From assembly GCF_900199515.1 (NCBI RefSeq), contig NZ_LT963434.1, positions 1,712,180-1,744,179 on the forward strand: a stretch of 32,000 bases of DNA. Reading direction: 5' to 3'. The translations under genes and the position numbers were made by a program. The notes under the pieces were generated by a model. The model made no database searches. It had not been told where the DNA came from and saw nothing but the letters and a program-made list of their open reading frames with translations. Each line of letters opens with the position of its first letter. Within the stretch, counting starts at the first letter, position 1. The DNA comes from Massilicoli timonensis. Lineage in GTDB: Bacteria; Bacillota_I; Bacilli_A; Erysipelotrichales; Erysipelotrichaceae. Positions 15,426 through 23,898 of the stretch are shown here, in pieces.

Positions 15426-17180
15426 CTATCCCTCCTTCTTTTCCAGATTTGATGCTCCGACATACTGCTGCCACATTCGATGATACAGTGGACACTGTTC
15501 CAGTAATTCTTTCTGTGTTCCTCTGGCAATAATATTTCCCTTATCAACGACAAGAATTTGCTCCGCATTTTGAATAGTGGAAAGCCTGTGGGCGACAACC
15601 ACAAGAGTTTTGCCGTGAACAAGACGCCCAACAGCCTCTTGGATTTGAGCCTCGCTTTCGGGATCAGCGTAGGCAGTTGCCTCGTCCAAAATGATAAGGT
15701 TTGACTGTTTCAGCATAGCCCTTGCAATCGTAATGCGCTGGCGTTCGCCCCCTGAAAGCCGATCTCCCGCGTCACCGGCAAAGGTATCATACCCTTGCGG
15801 CAATTTCATAATAAAGTCATGGCAGTTTGCGGCTTTGGCCGCAGCCTCTACTTCCTGATCAGACGCTTGTGGGTTTCCCATGCGAATATTCTCTCGAATA
15901 GACTTATTAAACAAAAAGTTGTCCTGCGCCACATAGCTGATTTCCTGCATCAACTGATCGAATGGAATGTCTTTTATGTCCTTTCCACCATAGCGAACGA
16001 TACCGGAAGTCGCATCCCAAAATCCAGCCATCAGCTTTGCAATCGTTGATTTGCCAGAGCCGGAAGCCCCAACGATAGCGGTCATAGTTCCTGGTTTTGT
16101 CTGGAAAGATATGCCATGAAGCACTTCTTTGGTATCGTTATAGGAAAATGAAACATTCTCAAAAGAATATGCACTTCCGTCAAATTCAACTTTCGCATCC
16201 GGGCGTTTTTGTTCTGGCGTTGCGAGGAAATCTTTGACGGGCTTCAGATTAGCGGTAATCGTTGTCAGCATTTCGCCGGCACTTGCCAGCTTCATCAAAG
16301 GCGCAATCGCACCAATGGGGATGATAATGCACGCAACAAGGATCGGAAGTGAAATCTGCTGGTTCATATAGAGGTATGCACCAATGGGCAGACTTCCCAG
16401 CATTGTCGATGGAAGAATTGCTTTTACCGCAGCCATCCAAAACCAGCATTGCCGCCACCAATCAAGCGTACTGTCATGGAAAAAGTTCACTGAATTAGAA
16501 AACTTACCAAAAGATGCTCCTGTACGGCCAAAGGCTTTTATGACCTGGATGCCTCCAACATATTCAACCAGCGCTGCGTTCATTTCGTTTCCGCTACGCA
16601 GATAGGTTTCCATTTTCTCACCATATCCGCGAAGCATCCCGAAAATGAAAGGGATGCAAAGAGGAATTGTAATGAGTGACGCCAATCCCATGCGCCAGTC
16701 CAACGCAAACAGCAAAACAATGCAGGCTGCCGGAGCTGCGATATTTGAAGGGATTTCGGGGATAAAATGCGCTATCGCATCTTCTAATTTTGCAACATTA
16801 TCTACGATGAGATTTTTATATACGCCGGATGGCGTTTCCAGCATGACACCCATTGGAACCTTTCGCATTTTTTCTGCAATCGCACACCGAATATTGCACA
16901 AAATGGTAAATGCAATCTTATGGCTGCGGCTGGATGCAACAATACCGAGCAGAGTTTTGAGAATGATACCTGCTGCGGCAATTCCGGCCCAAATCAGTGT
17001 ACTATGTATCGTTGCTGTACCTGCGAAAACTTCGTTGGCAAGCATGGCGGCGGTCAAATAGGGGAGCATACCAAATAACTCTGACAGAACTGTCAAAATT
17101 ACAGACAGCGGCATCTTTCCCTTGGCATCGCCGGAAAACTCAAAAAGAGTTTTTATTGGATTATCTTCTTTCTGCTTCAT
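15426..17180 (-). CDS. ABC exporter-fold half-transporter (TMD-NBD fusion), subunit A of a probable heterodimer
   Basis: 584 aa. Walker A GASGSGKST, LSGGERQRITIARA, LIILDEATAYAD, H-loop VAHRLST. ATGA overlap with the upstream EcfA gene. Confidence 0.95.
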   Translation of the reverse strand: MKQKEDNPIKTLFEFSGDAKGKMPLSVILTVLSELFGMLPYLTAAMLANEVFAGTATIHSTLIWAGIAAAGIILKTLLGIVASSRSHKIAFTILCNIRCAIAEKMRKVPMGVMLETPSGVYKNLIVDNVAKLEDAIAHFIPEIPSNIAAPAACIVLLFALDWRMGLASLITIPLCIPFIFGMLRGYGEKMETYLRSGNEMNAALVEYVGGIQVIKAFGRTGASFGKFSNSVNFFHDSTLDWWRQCWFWMAAVKAILPSTMLGSLPIGAYLYMNQQISLPILVACIIIPIGAIAPLMKLASAGEMLTTITANLKPVKDFLATPEQKRPDAKVEFDGSAYSFENVSFSYNDTKEVLHGISFQTKPGTMTAIVGASGSGKSTIAKLMAGFWDATSGIVRYGGKDIKDIPFDQLMQEISYVAQDNFLFNKSIRENIRMGNPQASDQEVEAAAKAANCHDFIMKLPQGYDTFAGDAGDRLSGGERQRITIARAMLKQSNLIILDEATAYADPESEAQIQEAVGRLVHGKTLVVVAHRLSTIQNAEQILVVDKGNIIARGTQKELLEQCPLYHRMWQQYVGASNLEKKEG

Positions 17181-18661
17181 AAAGCCCCTCCTTCCTCAGA
17201 ACCGAAAAATTGTTGAACATGCTGTCCGTTCTGTGTATCAAACGGCCCATACCATTTCACAGTCCCATCCTCAATAAAAATGAAATAGTCACAGCATTCT
17301 GCAATCAATTCCGGGTCATGGGTAATAATCAGCGATGTTTTCCCTATGGCGCTTAATTTCTTGAGGCAATTTGAAACCTCCAACATATGCCGATAGTCCA
17401 AACCGCTTGTCGGCTCATCAAAAACCATAATTTCTTTTTTTGATGCAATGGCACTTCCAATCGCCACGCGCTGTTTTTGCCCGCCAGATAACGAAAGGGG
17501 ATGGATACTTTTTAATGCAGTTAAATCCATATCATGCAGGATCTCATCAACTATTTCTTCACGCTGAGCATCGTCCGTATGTTCCACGCTTATGGAGATT
17601 TCATCTTCAACGCTTTCTGTAAAAAGCTGATGATTGACATCCTGCATAACCAGATAGCAGATTTTCAGCCGCTGCCGGTTGCTGTATGTTTTACTTCCGA
17701 ACGAGAACAAGCCTCTTGCCCGTTTCTCAAGCCCACACAGGCAACGGGCAAAAGTTGTTTTTCCAGCTCCATTTTCCCCGATAATTCCAACAATCGCACC
17801 TTTCGGAATAGATAAGGTCGGTATTTCAATCCCAACGCCATCCTTGTAATGAAACGATAAATCTTTCACAGAATAGCAGTCCGAACTATACGGTGTTCTG
17901 GCATTGGAGTCAAAAGACACTGGCGATATGGATCGCAGCCCACGGCGCTTGATTTCATCTGCTGACAGGCCCCAGAATGTATCAGCGGGCATATCTTCTT
18001 TGATTTCTCCATCGTTCATATAAACAACCCGATCTGCCACACCCTTCAAATAACTAAGCCGATGTTCAGCAACAATAACGGTCTTTCCCTGGGCTTTCCA
18101 TCGCATGATAATATCTTTCAGCATCCAGATTGAGCGCCAGTCTAAATTAGAAGTGGGTTCATCCAAAACAAAAATGTCCGGCATGGGAATGGAAACTGAG
18201 GCACAGGCTATCTTTTGCTTTTCACCGCCAGACAGATGGAATAGATTTCGCCCAACAAGTTCTCCAATTCCAAATTCATTGATTGCGTTTTCTAAATACT
18301 GGCTGATTTGCTCAACAGGTACAGCCAGATTTTCACATCGAAAAATCAGTTCACTGGTAGAGTCAATATTAAAAAATTGTGTGCGCGGGTTTTGAAAAAC
18401 AGAGCCAACCTTTCGGGCTACCTTATGGATCGGCTGCTTCGAGATGTTTTCTCCATTAAGCAGGACTTCACCAGTGAGCTGCCCCTCATAAAAGCTGGGA
18501 ATAAGGCCATTCAATAGCCGTGTGATTGTTGTTTTTCCGCACCCTGATCCTCCACATATAAGGACAACTTCTCCATCGTGAATAGACAGATTTACATTCG
18601 TAAGAGAATTGTCCTGTTCGCTGTCCTTATAGCGGAAGGACACATTTTTCAGTTCGATCAT
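17177..18661 (-). CDS. Fused duplicated ECF-transporter ATPase (EcfA-EcfA')
   Basis: Two NBDs: GGSGCGKTT / LSGGEKQKIACA / VLDEPTSNLD and GENGAGKTT / LSGGQKQRVAIGSA / VFDEPTSGLD. The start ATG at 18661 (MIELKNVSFRY) follows AGGAGG. The ORF-track extension to 18754 overlaps ecfT. Confidence 0.9.
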   Translation of the reverse strand: MIELKNVSFRYKDSEQDNSLTNVNLSIHDGEVVLICGGSGCGKTTITRLLNGLIPSFYEGQLTGEVLLNGENISKQPIHKVARKVGSVFQNPRTQFFNIDSTSELIFRCENLAVPVEQISQYLENAINEFGIGELVGRNLFHLSGGEKQKIACASVSIPMPDIFVLDEPTSNLDWRSIWMLKDIIMRWKAQGKTVIVAEHRLSYLKGVADRVVYMNDGEIKEDMPADTFWGLSADEIKRRGLRSISPVSFDSNARTPYSSDCYSVKDLSFHYKDGVGIEIPTLSIPKGAIVGIIGENGAGKTTFARCLCGLEKRARGLFSFGSKTYSNRQRLKICYLVMQDVNHQLFTESVEDEISISVEHTDDAQREEIVDEILHDMDLTALKSIHPLSLSGGQKQRVAIGSAIASKKEIMVFDEPTSGLDYRHMLEVSNCLKKLSAIGKTSLIITHDPELIAECCDYFIFIEDGTVKWYGPFDTQNGQHVQQFFGSEEGGAL

Positions 18662-18672
18662 CGTGCCCCTCC

Positions 18673-19392
18673 TTAAAACAAGTAATAGAGAATAAGTGCA
18701 GCAGTTAACAGAACCATCAAAAGGATGTCCAATCCTTTGATCTTTATTTTGCAATAATTACTTCTTTCCGTATCTACGCCGAGGCCGCGTGCAACGGCGG
18801 CAGCGGATAGTTCGTCACCAATTTGCACAACAGAAGCAATCAGCGGTACGAGCCTGTATTCCAACATGGCAATCGGCCCTTTACTAACTCCAATACCGCG
18901 CATTTTCATTGCATCCTGAATACTGTGGTACTCGTCCGCCACCGTAGGAAAGAAGCGAAATATCACAGCGAAAGGGATTGTGATTTTTCTGGTAATGTGC
19001 ATTTTTTCCATCGCCGCCACAAACTCGCTGACTTTTGTTGTCTGTAAAAAACTCATGGCGATAAACAGGGTGGGCATCATACGAAGCACCACCTCGACTA
19101 ACAAGCGAATGATAATACCTAAAAGGCTCATTCCAGATATGTACGCCAGTAGCCCATTTGCCCCATAAGCGGCACAATAGGCCGCCGCATAAACCGCGGC
19201 AAGGCCGGGCCTCCTGATGTTTATCAACATCAGGAAAGCCAGCCCTGCAAACACGATTTTCAAAATGGTATCAAGTTCGCTTTCAGACGATGGAACCATG
19301 ACAAGACTGAACACCATTAAGGTATATAGTTTTGTCCTTGGGTCAAGATTGATAACGGCTTGCTGCGTATTCGTTGATACCTTACCACTCAT
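18673..19392 (-). CDS. ecfT: ECF transporter transmembrane T component (EcfT/CbiQ family)
   Basis: 239 aa polytopic protein. Coupling-helix-like motifs AMKMRG and AVARGL. TAATG overlap with the S-component gene. Confidence 0.85.
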   Translation of the reverse strand: MSGKVSTNTQQAVINLDPRTKLYTLMVFSLVMVPSSESELDTILKIVFAGLAFLMLINIRRPGLAAVYAAAYCAAYGANGLLAYISGMSLLGIIIRLLVEVVLRMMPTLFIAMSFLQTTKVSEFVAAMEKMHITRKITIPFAVIFRFFPTVADEYHSIQDAMKMRGIGVSKGPIAMLEYRLVPLIASVVQIGDELSAAAVARGLGVDTERSNYCKIKIKGLDILLMVLLTAALILYYLF

Positions 19393-19988
19393 TATGCAAT
19401 TCCCGCCCGTTTGAAATGCTTGTTTAGGACAGCGCGGCCAATCAAAGCGCCGATGACACCGCCGACAGCAGTTGCAAGAATGACAACTGGAACCATATAG
19501 CCCTGCACTAAGGCTGCGAGGCTATCTGCAAAGGCATCACCCTGGCTGGCACGATACATTTCAACATAAGCATCGCCCATGATAAACATGGGGAGCTGTG
19601 TCCCGACCTGCCAAACACTGAATACTGCATAGCCTGCCAGCATCGCTTTCCAGCTTTTATATTTTCCAGCCTTCATAATGACATCTGCCAGCAAGCCAAA
19701 GACAATGCCGGTAATCAGAGCGTAGTATCCATATCCCATCAGGAAAAAGATAAGGCCCAGAAGCACACCCATGATTGTCACAAGGCCGAAGGTTTTTACC
19801 TTCGTGTAGAAAAGGATGCAGGGTATGCCTGCAATGATCGCTGTCAGCACAGGATAAAAAACAGCCATCACCGGAACAAAGCCGGTCATTGCACACACAT
19901 AGAAGATCACAAAATAAATGACCGTGAAGATTGCGACATTTACAAGATCGCGCACGCCAATTTTTGAGGTTTGCACATTGTTTTCCAT
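19392..19988 (-). CDS. ECF transporter S component, MptD/Trep_Strep-like
   Basis: 198 aa, strongly hydrophobic, about 6 TM, with a basic C-terminal motif LNKHFKRAGIA as recalled for the Trep_Strep (TIGR02185) family. Sits directly upstream of ecfT and ecfAA'. Confidence 0.7.
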   Translation of the reverse strand: MENNVQTSKIGVRDLVNVAIFTVIYFVIFYVCAMTGFVPVMAVFYPVLTAIIAGIPCILFYTKVKTFGLVTIMGVLLGLIFFLMGYGYYALITGIVFGLLADVIMKAGKYKSWKAMLAGYAVFSVWQVGTQLPMFIMGDAYVEMYRASQGDAFADSLAALVQGYMVPVVILATAVGGVIGALIGRAVLNKHFKRAGIA

Positions 19989-20005
19989 AAAATATCCTCC
20001 TTTGT

Positions 20006-20034
20006 TTGTTAGTTGCTGCTAACCTATTTGTCAA
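20006..20034 (-). promoter_or_regulatory. Putative promoter of the ECF/ABC operon containing a DtxR/IdeR iron-box-like sequence
   Basis: Minus strand has TTGACA (20034-20029), 17 nt, then TAACAA (20011-20006). ATAGGTTAGCAGCAACTAA (20027-20009) matches 14/19 positions of the recalled consensus TWAGGTWAGSCTWACCTWA. Confidence 0.35.
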
Positions 20035-20039
20035 AATGT

Positions 20040-20078
20040 AGCCGACGCTTTGAATATTCTCATATCAAACCATCGGCT
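20040..20078 (-). promoter_or_regulatory. Imperfect inverted repeat just upstream of the putative ECF promoter
   Basis: agccgacgctttga (20040-20053) / tcaaaccatcggct (20065-20078), 12 of 14 positions complementary, 11-bp spacer. The ccgatggt core is also present in the TetR-gene operator. Confidence 0.4.
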
Positions 20079-20123
20079 GTAAGATTGTGTGAAAGCGCCT
20101 ATACGCAGATCATTCGGGCGGCT

Positions 20124-20771
20124 TTAATCCGGCCACATGACATCACCTACTTTCCCGCCTTCAAAAATCGTTTTCCATCCGGCATTGAAGAACCAGCTCA
20201 TACTTTGTATGTGCTTTTTAGCATCTTCTTTGGTCATATCATGGATAACGGTTTCAAAAAGGCCCGTATAAAAAGCGCTCGATAGCAGGTGGGCCAATTC
20301 CATTGTCAACCGGCCAGAAGAAATCGCATCGTTTCCAGTCTTTTCAATATATTGCAAAGTGGTCTGTATATCAATCGCAACCACTCTGTGCATAAACTCC
20401 TGATAGCAATTTGTTTCGCCGCTGAGAAGCATGATTTTGAATTCATCAAGATGAGCGAAAACAAAATCCATCAGCTTTGAAAATTTGCCATTGGAGTAGC
20501 TATTGATTTGTGCTTTTTGTTCTTCCGGCTCTAAAGCCTCAAACCCGGCCAGCGTTTTTTGTAACAACTCGCAAAAGCCATCAGCAACAGGCTGGACAAT
20601 ACTGTGGTATAACGCCTCCTTGTCCGAATACCGATAGAGCAAGGAGCTTTTCGTTGTGCCTGCTTTTTCGGCAATATTACGCAAAGAAGCGTTCTCGTAT
20701 CCATTGGCAAGAAATTCTTCTTTGGCACACTTGAGAATATTCTCCGTTACGCCTTCAATCATCTTGGCCAT
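20124..20771 (-). CDS. TetR/AcrR-family transcriptional regulator
   Basis: N-terminal HTH FLANGYENASLRNIAEKAGTTKSSLLYRYSDKEALY plus a helical C-terminal ligand domain. GGAGGTG SD. Confidence 0.9.
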   Translation of the reverse strand: MAKMIEGVTENILKCAKEEFLANGYENASLRNIAEKAGTTKSSLLYRYSDKEALYHSIVQPVADGFCELLQKTLAGFEALEPEEQKAQINSYSNGKFSKLMDFVFAHLDEFKIMLLSGETNCYQEFMHRVVAIDIQTTLQYIEKTGNDAISSGRLTMELAHLLSSAFYTGLFETVIHDMTKEDAKKHIQSMSWFFNAGWKTIFEGGKVGDVMWPD

Positions 20772-20790
20772 AGGCTCACCTCCTTCTTGT

Positions 20791-20864
20791 TTTAGACCAT
20801 CGGTCTAAACCGATGGTCTAAATATAGCATAGAAAGATCAGATAGTCAAGATGGTCTTTCTATG
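20791..20864 (-). promoter_or_regulatory. TetR-gene promoter with perfect 14-bp-arm palindromic operator
   Basis: Minus strand has TTGACT (20849-20844), 17 nt, then TATATT (20826-20821). This is followed immediately by the palindrome tttagaccatcggt / accgatggtctaaa (20791-20804 / 20809-20822). A second inverted repeat catagaaaga/tctttctatg (20828-37 / 20855-64) brackets the -35, and an extra AGACCATC half-site abuts the -35. Confidence 0.6.
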
Positions 20865-20895
20865 TTTGGTTGTTAATGCTAACGGAAAATAATGT

Positions 20896-20920
20896 AACAG
20901 GCGGAAAAAATCCGCCTGTT
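20896..20920 (-). terminator. Terminator-like hairpin after the TnpV-like ORF
   Basis: aacaggcgga / tccgcctgtt 10-bp stem with a 5-nt loop. The minus-strand tail acattatttt is only moderately U-rich. Confidence 0.5.
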
Positions 20921-20928
20921 CGATGCTG

Positions 20929-21198
20929 TTAAGCCATAATTAACTCATCTAAAACAATTTCCTCCGCCTGCGCTTTCAGCGTGTTCATCAGCCCCACCCA
21001 GCGCATGGGGTCACGGGATTTCAGTTCCTCGGTGACGCCCGCCGCCTCCATCATGCGGGGCAACATGGCGTCCATCCGTTCACGCGCCGCCCGATCAATC
21101 TCCAACAGGTGCGGGTACAGCTTTTCGCTCAAAATCAAGCTGCTGTAAAGGCTGGGCCGGTGTTCCTTCAGATAGCGTTGCCGCATACGGCCATACAA
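20929..21198 (-). CDS. TnpV-family protein, apparently N-terminally truncated (possible remnant)
   Basis: YGRMRQRYLKEHRPSLYSSLILSEKLYPHLLEIDRAA...EELKSRDPMRWVGLMNTLKAQAEEIVLDELI matches my recollection of TnpV from the conserved YG..R..YLKEH onward. About 25-30 N-terminal residues are absent. TTG pseudo-start with no SD. A hairpin lies directly upstream. Confidence 0.55.
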   Translation of the reverse strand: MYGRMRQRYLKEHRPSLYSSLILSEKLYPHLLEIDRAARERMDAMLPRMMEAAGVTEELKSRDPMRWVGLMNTLKAQAEEIVLDELIMA

Positions 21199-21207
21199 AG
21201 TTATGTA

Positions 21208-21242
21208 CCCAGCCGCACTACGCGGCTGGGCTTTTCTTTTTT
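21208..21242. terminator. GC-rich hairpin at the T4SS-module/cargo junction
   Basis: cccagccgc (21208-16) / gcggctggg (21222-30). The T-run (21232-42) is on the plus strand. On the minus strand the stem follows the hydrolase stop by about 20 nt but lacks a U-tract. Confidence 0.45.
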
Positions 21243-21249
21243 GAGGAAG

Positions 21250-23058
21250 TTAATAGGCCGGGGTGCCGTACCCGTAAATCTCATAGTACCCAATGGGGTA
21301 GCTGTTCTGACGCACAGAATCGCCAGAGTTGCCTTCTACGGTGTAGACACGTCCATTCTCTACTTTCTCCACAATGCCCACATGGTCAGATTGCCCGTCT
21401 TGGCCTCCATCATCCCAGTCAAAAAAGATGATGTCGCCGGGGCGCGGCTCATAGCTGTTATCCTGCCATAGCCCACGCTCCTGAAACCAGGGAACGCCCT
21501 GGGACGCACAGGCCGCAAACATCGGGATAACGCCGGCTTCAATATAGCCGCATTGGTCAGCACACCAGCTCACAAAACAAGCGCACCATTCCACACGGCT
21601 ACTAAAACCATACCAGCTCCAGTACGGTTCGCCGCCGATGTTCCCCACCTGGGAGAGCGCCACCGTGACGATTTCTCCATCTCCTCCGGTAATGCCGTAG
21701 AGCACCTGGGACCAAAGGGAATTGTTCTCGTCGGCCAGCAGCTCCGCCATCTGTTCCCGCTGGTCCTCGTTAAAGCCGAACTGGTCTGCCATTTCCTCGG
21801 CGGTCTTATGGCTGACGGTGATATACAGATAGGTGCGGGTGACGGTTACTTCCGTTTCCACGATATTGCCGTTACCATCATCGGATGTTTCAATCACTGT
21901 TTCCGTCTGGGTGGACGTACTGGATGAAATCTCATTCATCTGCCAAAAGATGTCCTTCAAAAGCTCCAGCTTCTCATCATCCATGGTGGCCACTTCCTGG
22001 GCGTTGTCCGGGTCGGTGGTGGTTTTGACAGCATAAACCGCCAGAACCTCTTTCCACACAGCGCGGGAACCGGACATCTCCAGCACATCATAGCTGTGGG
22101 ACGCCTTGATCTCATCCAGATTCTCCTGGTAATCCGTATTGATCTCCTGTACGGCAGTCTGCATGGTCTGCCCGGTGCCGGAATCCTCGCCGGAAAAGAA
22201 AATACCAAAACAGGAGCCGATAATCATACCGATGAGGCAGATCACAATAATCACCAGCACAGCAATCCAACCGCCAGCGGCGATGGCCGCAATCAGCGCC
22301 TTGGTCGCCGCAATGATGGCTTTCACCGCCGCAACCGTAGCCTTAACTGCCGCCTTTGCCGCAACCACCGCAGTCCGGGCCGCTATGCGGGCAGCGTGAG
22401 CCGCAGCCCTGGCAGCCCGCGCCGTGGCCTGGGCAGTGTGCTGGGCGGCTTTGGCCGCCTGCTGACTGGTCTTGATACTGGCCTTGGCAGTCTTTTCCGC
22501 CGTTTTGATGGATTTAGTAGTGGTTTTCACCGTCCCCTTGGCAGTGGAAGAAGCCTGCTTGATGGTCTTGCGGCTCCTGTCCACTGTCTTAATGCCTTTC
22601 TTGCTGCGGTCCAAAGTCTTGATGGCCCCGCGCTCCTGACGGACCGCCTTGGCTGGCTCGGAAACCGTATCCGCCGCCTGACGCCCGCTCCAGCGTGTGG
22701 TAGGCTGTCCAGCCTGCCGAGCCGCCTGTTTCTCCGCTTGTTTTTTCGGCTGTTCGGCTGCGGCTTTCCGCTTTTGGATTTTCTCCTTAACCTTGGAGAT
22801 GTTCTCCCTGGTTGTCTGAACCCCCTTGCGGCCCTGTTTATCAAACTGGTGGAACGCTTCATGGGTGACGTTATCCACCCCAGCGGAAAGGCGGTCGGAC
22901 GCATACTCGCCAGGGGAACTTTCCTCGGCATACATCCCATGCTCGGCCTTATCCTTGGTGCGGATATACGCCTCCTTCATCCGTTCAGAAGCAACCGCCG
23001 CTTTATCAATCGCTTTAATGCCTTTTTCGGCCACTCTTGTTTTAATGCCCTTGCCCAT
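21250..23058 (-). CDS. Membrane-anchored CHAP-domain peptidoglycan hydrolase of the conjugation apparatus
   Basis: C-terminal CHAP pattern ([15 protein letters not shown] ... GDIIFFDWD ... HVGIVEKV...YTVEGNS). Central TM. Lys/Ala-rich N-terminal half. The ATG at 23058 follows GGAGG; the GTG at 23067 lies inside the SD. Confidence 0.9.
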   Translation of the reverse strand: MGKGIKTRVAEKGIKAIDKAAVASERMKEAYIRTKDKAEHGMYAEESSPGEYASDRLSAGVDNVTHEAFHQFDKQGRKGVQTTRENISKVKEKIQKRKAAAEQPKKQAEKQAARQAGQPTTRWSGRQAADTVSEPAKAVRQERGAIKTLDRSKKGIKTVDRSRKTIKQASSTAKGTVKTTTKSIKTAEKTAKASIKTSQQAAKAAQHTAQATARAARAAAHAARIAARTAVVAAKAAVKATVAAVKAIIAATKALIAAIAAGGWIAVLVIIVICLIGMIIGSCFGIFFSGEDSGTGQTMQTAVQEINTDYQENLDEIKASHSYDVLEMSGSRAVWKEVLAVYAVKTTTDPDNAQEVATMDDEKLELLKDIFWQMNEISSSTSTQTETVIETSDDGNGNIVETEVTVTRTYLYITVSHKTAEEMADQFGFNEDQREQMAELLADENNSLWSQVLYGITGGDGEIVTVALSQVGNIGGEPYWSWYGFSSRVEWCACFVSWCADQCGYIEAGVIPMFAACASQGVPWFQERGLWQDNSYEPRPGDIIFFDWDDGGQDGQSDHVGIVEKVENGRVYTVEGNSGDSVRQNSYPIGYYEIYGYGTPAY

Positions 23059-23091
23059 GGGCTTCACCTCCTTCCCTGGGCGGGGCCGCCC

Positions 23092-23880
23092 TTATTCCTC
23101 CAGCAGCTTGGCCACAACCACCATCCGCCCGTTGGTCCGGGAATACTCGCAGGTGGAAAGGGTGATGAGCTGGTCGCCATATTCCGCACTCACGCCCGTG
23201 TCATAAAGGGCCAGTTCCTTGCACCCCTCGATAAACTCGTCAAAATCTTCTTCCTGCTCGGCTCGGACGAAATGGTAATACTTAAAGCCAGATTCCGAGT
23301 AGGCCACCGTCTTAAAGGCGGCAACCACTTCATATTCGCCAAAGCTGTCCAGAGTATCAAAGCGGATGGTCTTGTGTTCCTGGTAGAAATCCTCGCTCTC
23401 ATACTTGCACAAATCTGAGAACATACTGCCGTTGTTCATGTGATGGCCGTACAGCACCAGATTGTCGGAAATGCCGATGTCGCAGTTTTCCTGCATATAA
23501 GGCACCCCATAGCTGCTGTACGACTTATCAAAGGCGTGCTTCAGATAGAAGTTGGGGCTATCCTTGGTCTGCATGACAGGGTAATCAATCCGGGTGCCGG
23601 GAATGGAAATCCAGCCCACCAGGTCGCTGTTCTGGGCGTACACATCCGCATATTTCTCAAAGGCCGTGAGTTCTTTCGGCTCCTGGGCCGGGTCATCGGC
23701 CAGCTCCAGCGTGGGCAGCTCCACATCTTCCTTGACCAGCTCGGCCACCTCATCAAAGGCTTCGGCGCTTTGCTTCTGGTCCAGGTATTCCCGGCAGAGC
23801 ATAGCCCCGGAGAAAAGGAAAAGGGCGGCACAAAAGGCCGCCCCCGCGATCATCAGTCTGTTTTTAACTTTGTCACTCAT
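23092..23880 (-). CDS. srtB: Class B sortase
   Basis: N-terminal TM. VLYGHHM (catalytic His), TLSTCEY (TLxTC Cys), and C-terminal R in RMVVVAK. Confidence 0.9.
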   Translation of the reverse strand: MSDKVKNRLMIAGAAFCAALFLFSGAMLCREYLDQKQSAEAFDEVAELVKEDVELPTLELADDPAQEPKELTAFEKYADVYAQNSDLVGWISIPGTRIDYPVMQTKDSPNFYLKHAFDKSYSSYGVPYMQENCDIGISDNLVLYGHHMNNGSMFSDLCKYESEDFYQEHKTIRFDTLDSFGEYEVVAAFKTVAYSESGFKYYHFVRAEQEEDFDEFIEGCKELALYDTGVSAEYGDQLITLSTCEYSRTNGRMVVVAKLLEE

Positions 23881-23898
23881 ATTTTCACCCTCCTGTAC

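Noticed and set aside
21208-21242. A plus-strand transcription unit implied by the plus-oriented T-run after the hairpin
   Set aside because: No credible plus-strand gene lies upstream for more than 10 kb. The hairpin is better explained as a junction or insulator, or as a weak bidirectional terminator.
22096-23418. 440-aa plus-strand ORF (also 29362-30420 and 562-1119 on the plus strand)
   Set aside because: These are antisense to the CHAP hydrolase/sortase, VirD4 and small-membrane-protein/ATPase genes respectively. They are Arg/Gly/Leu-rich shadow ORFs without translation signals.
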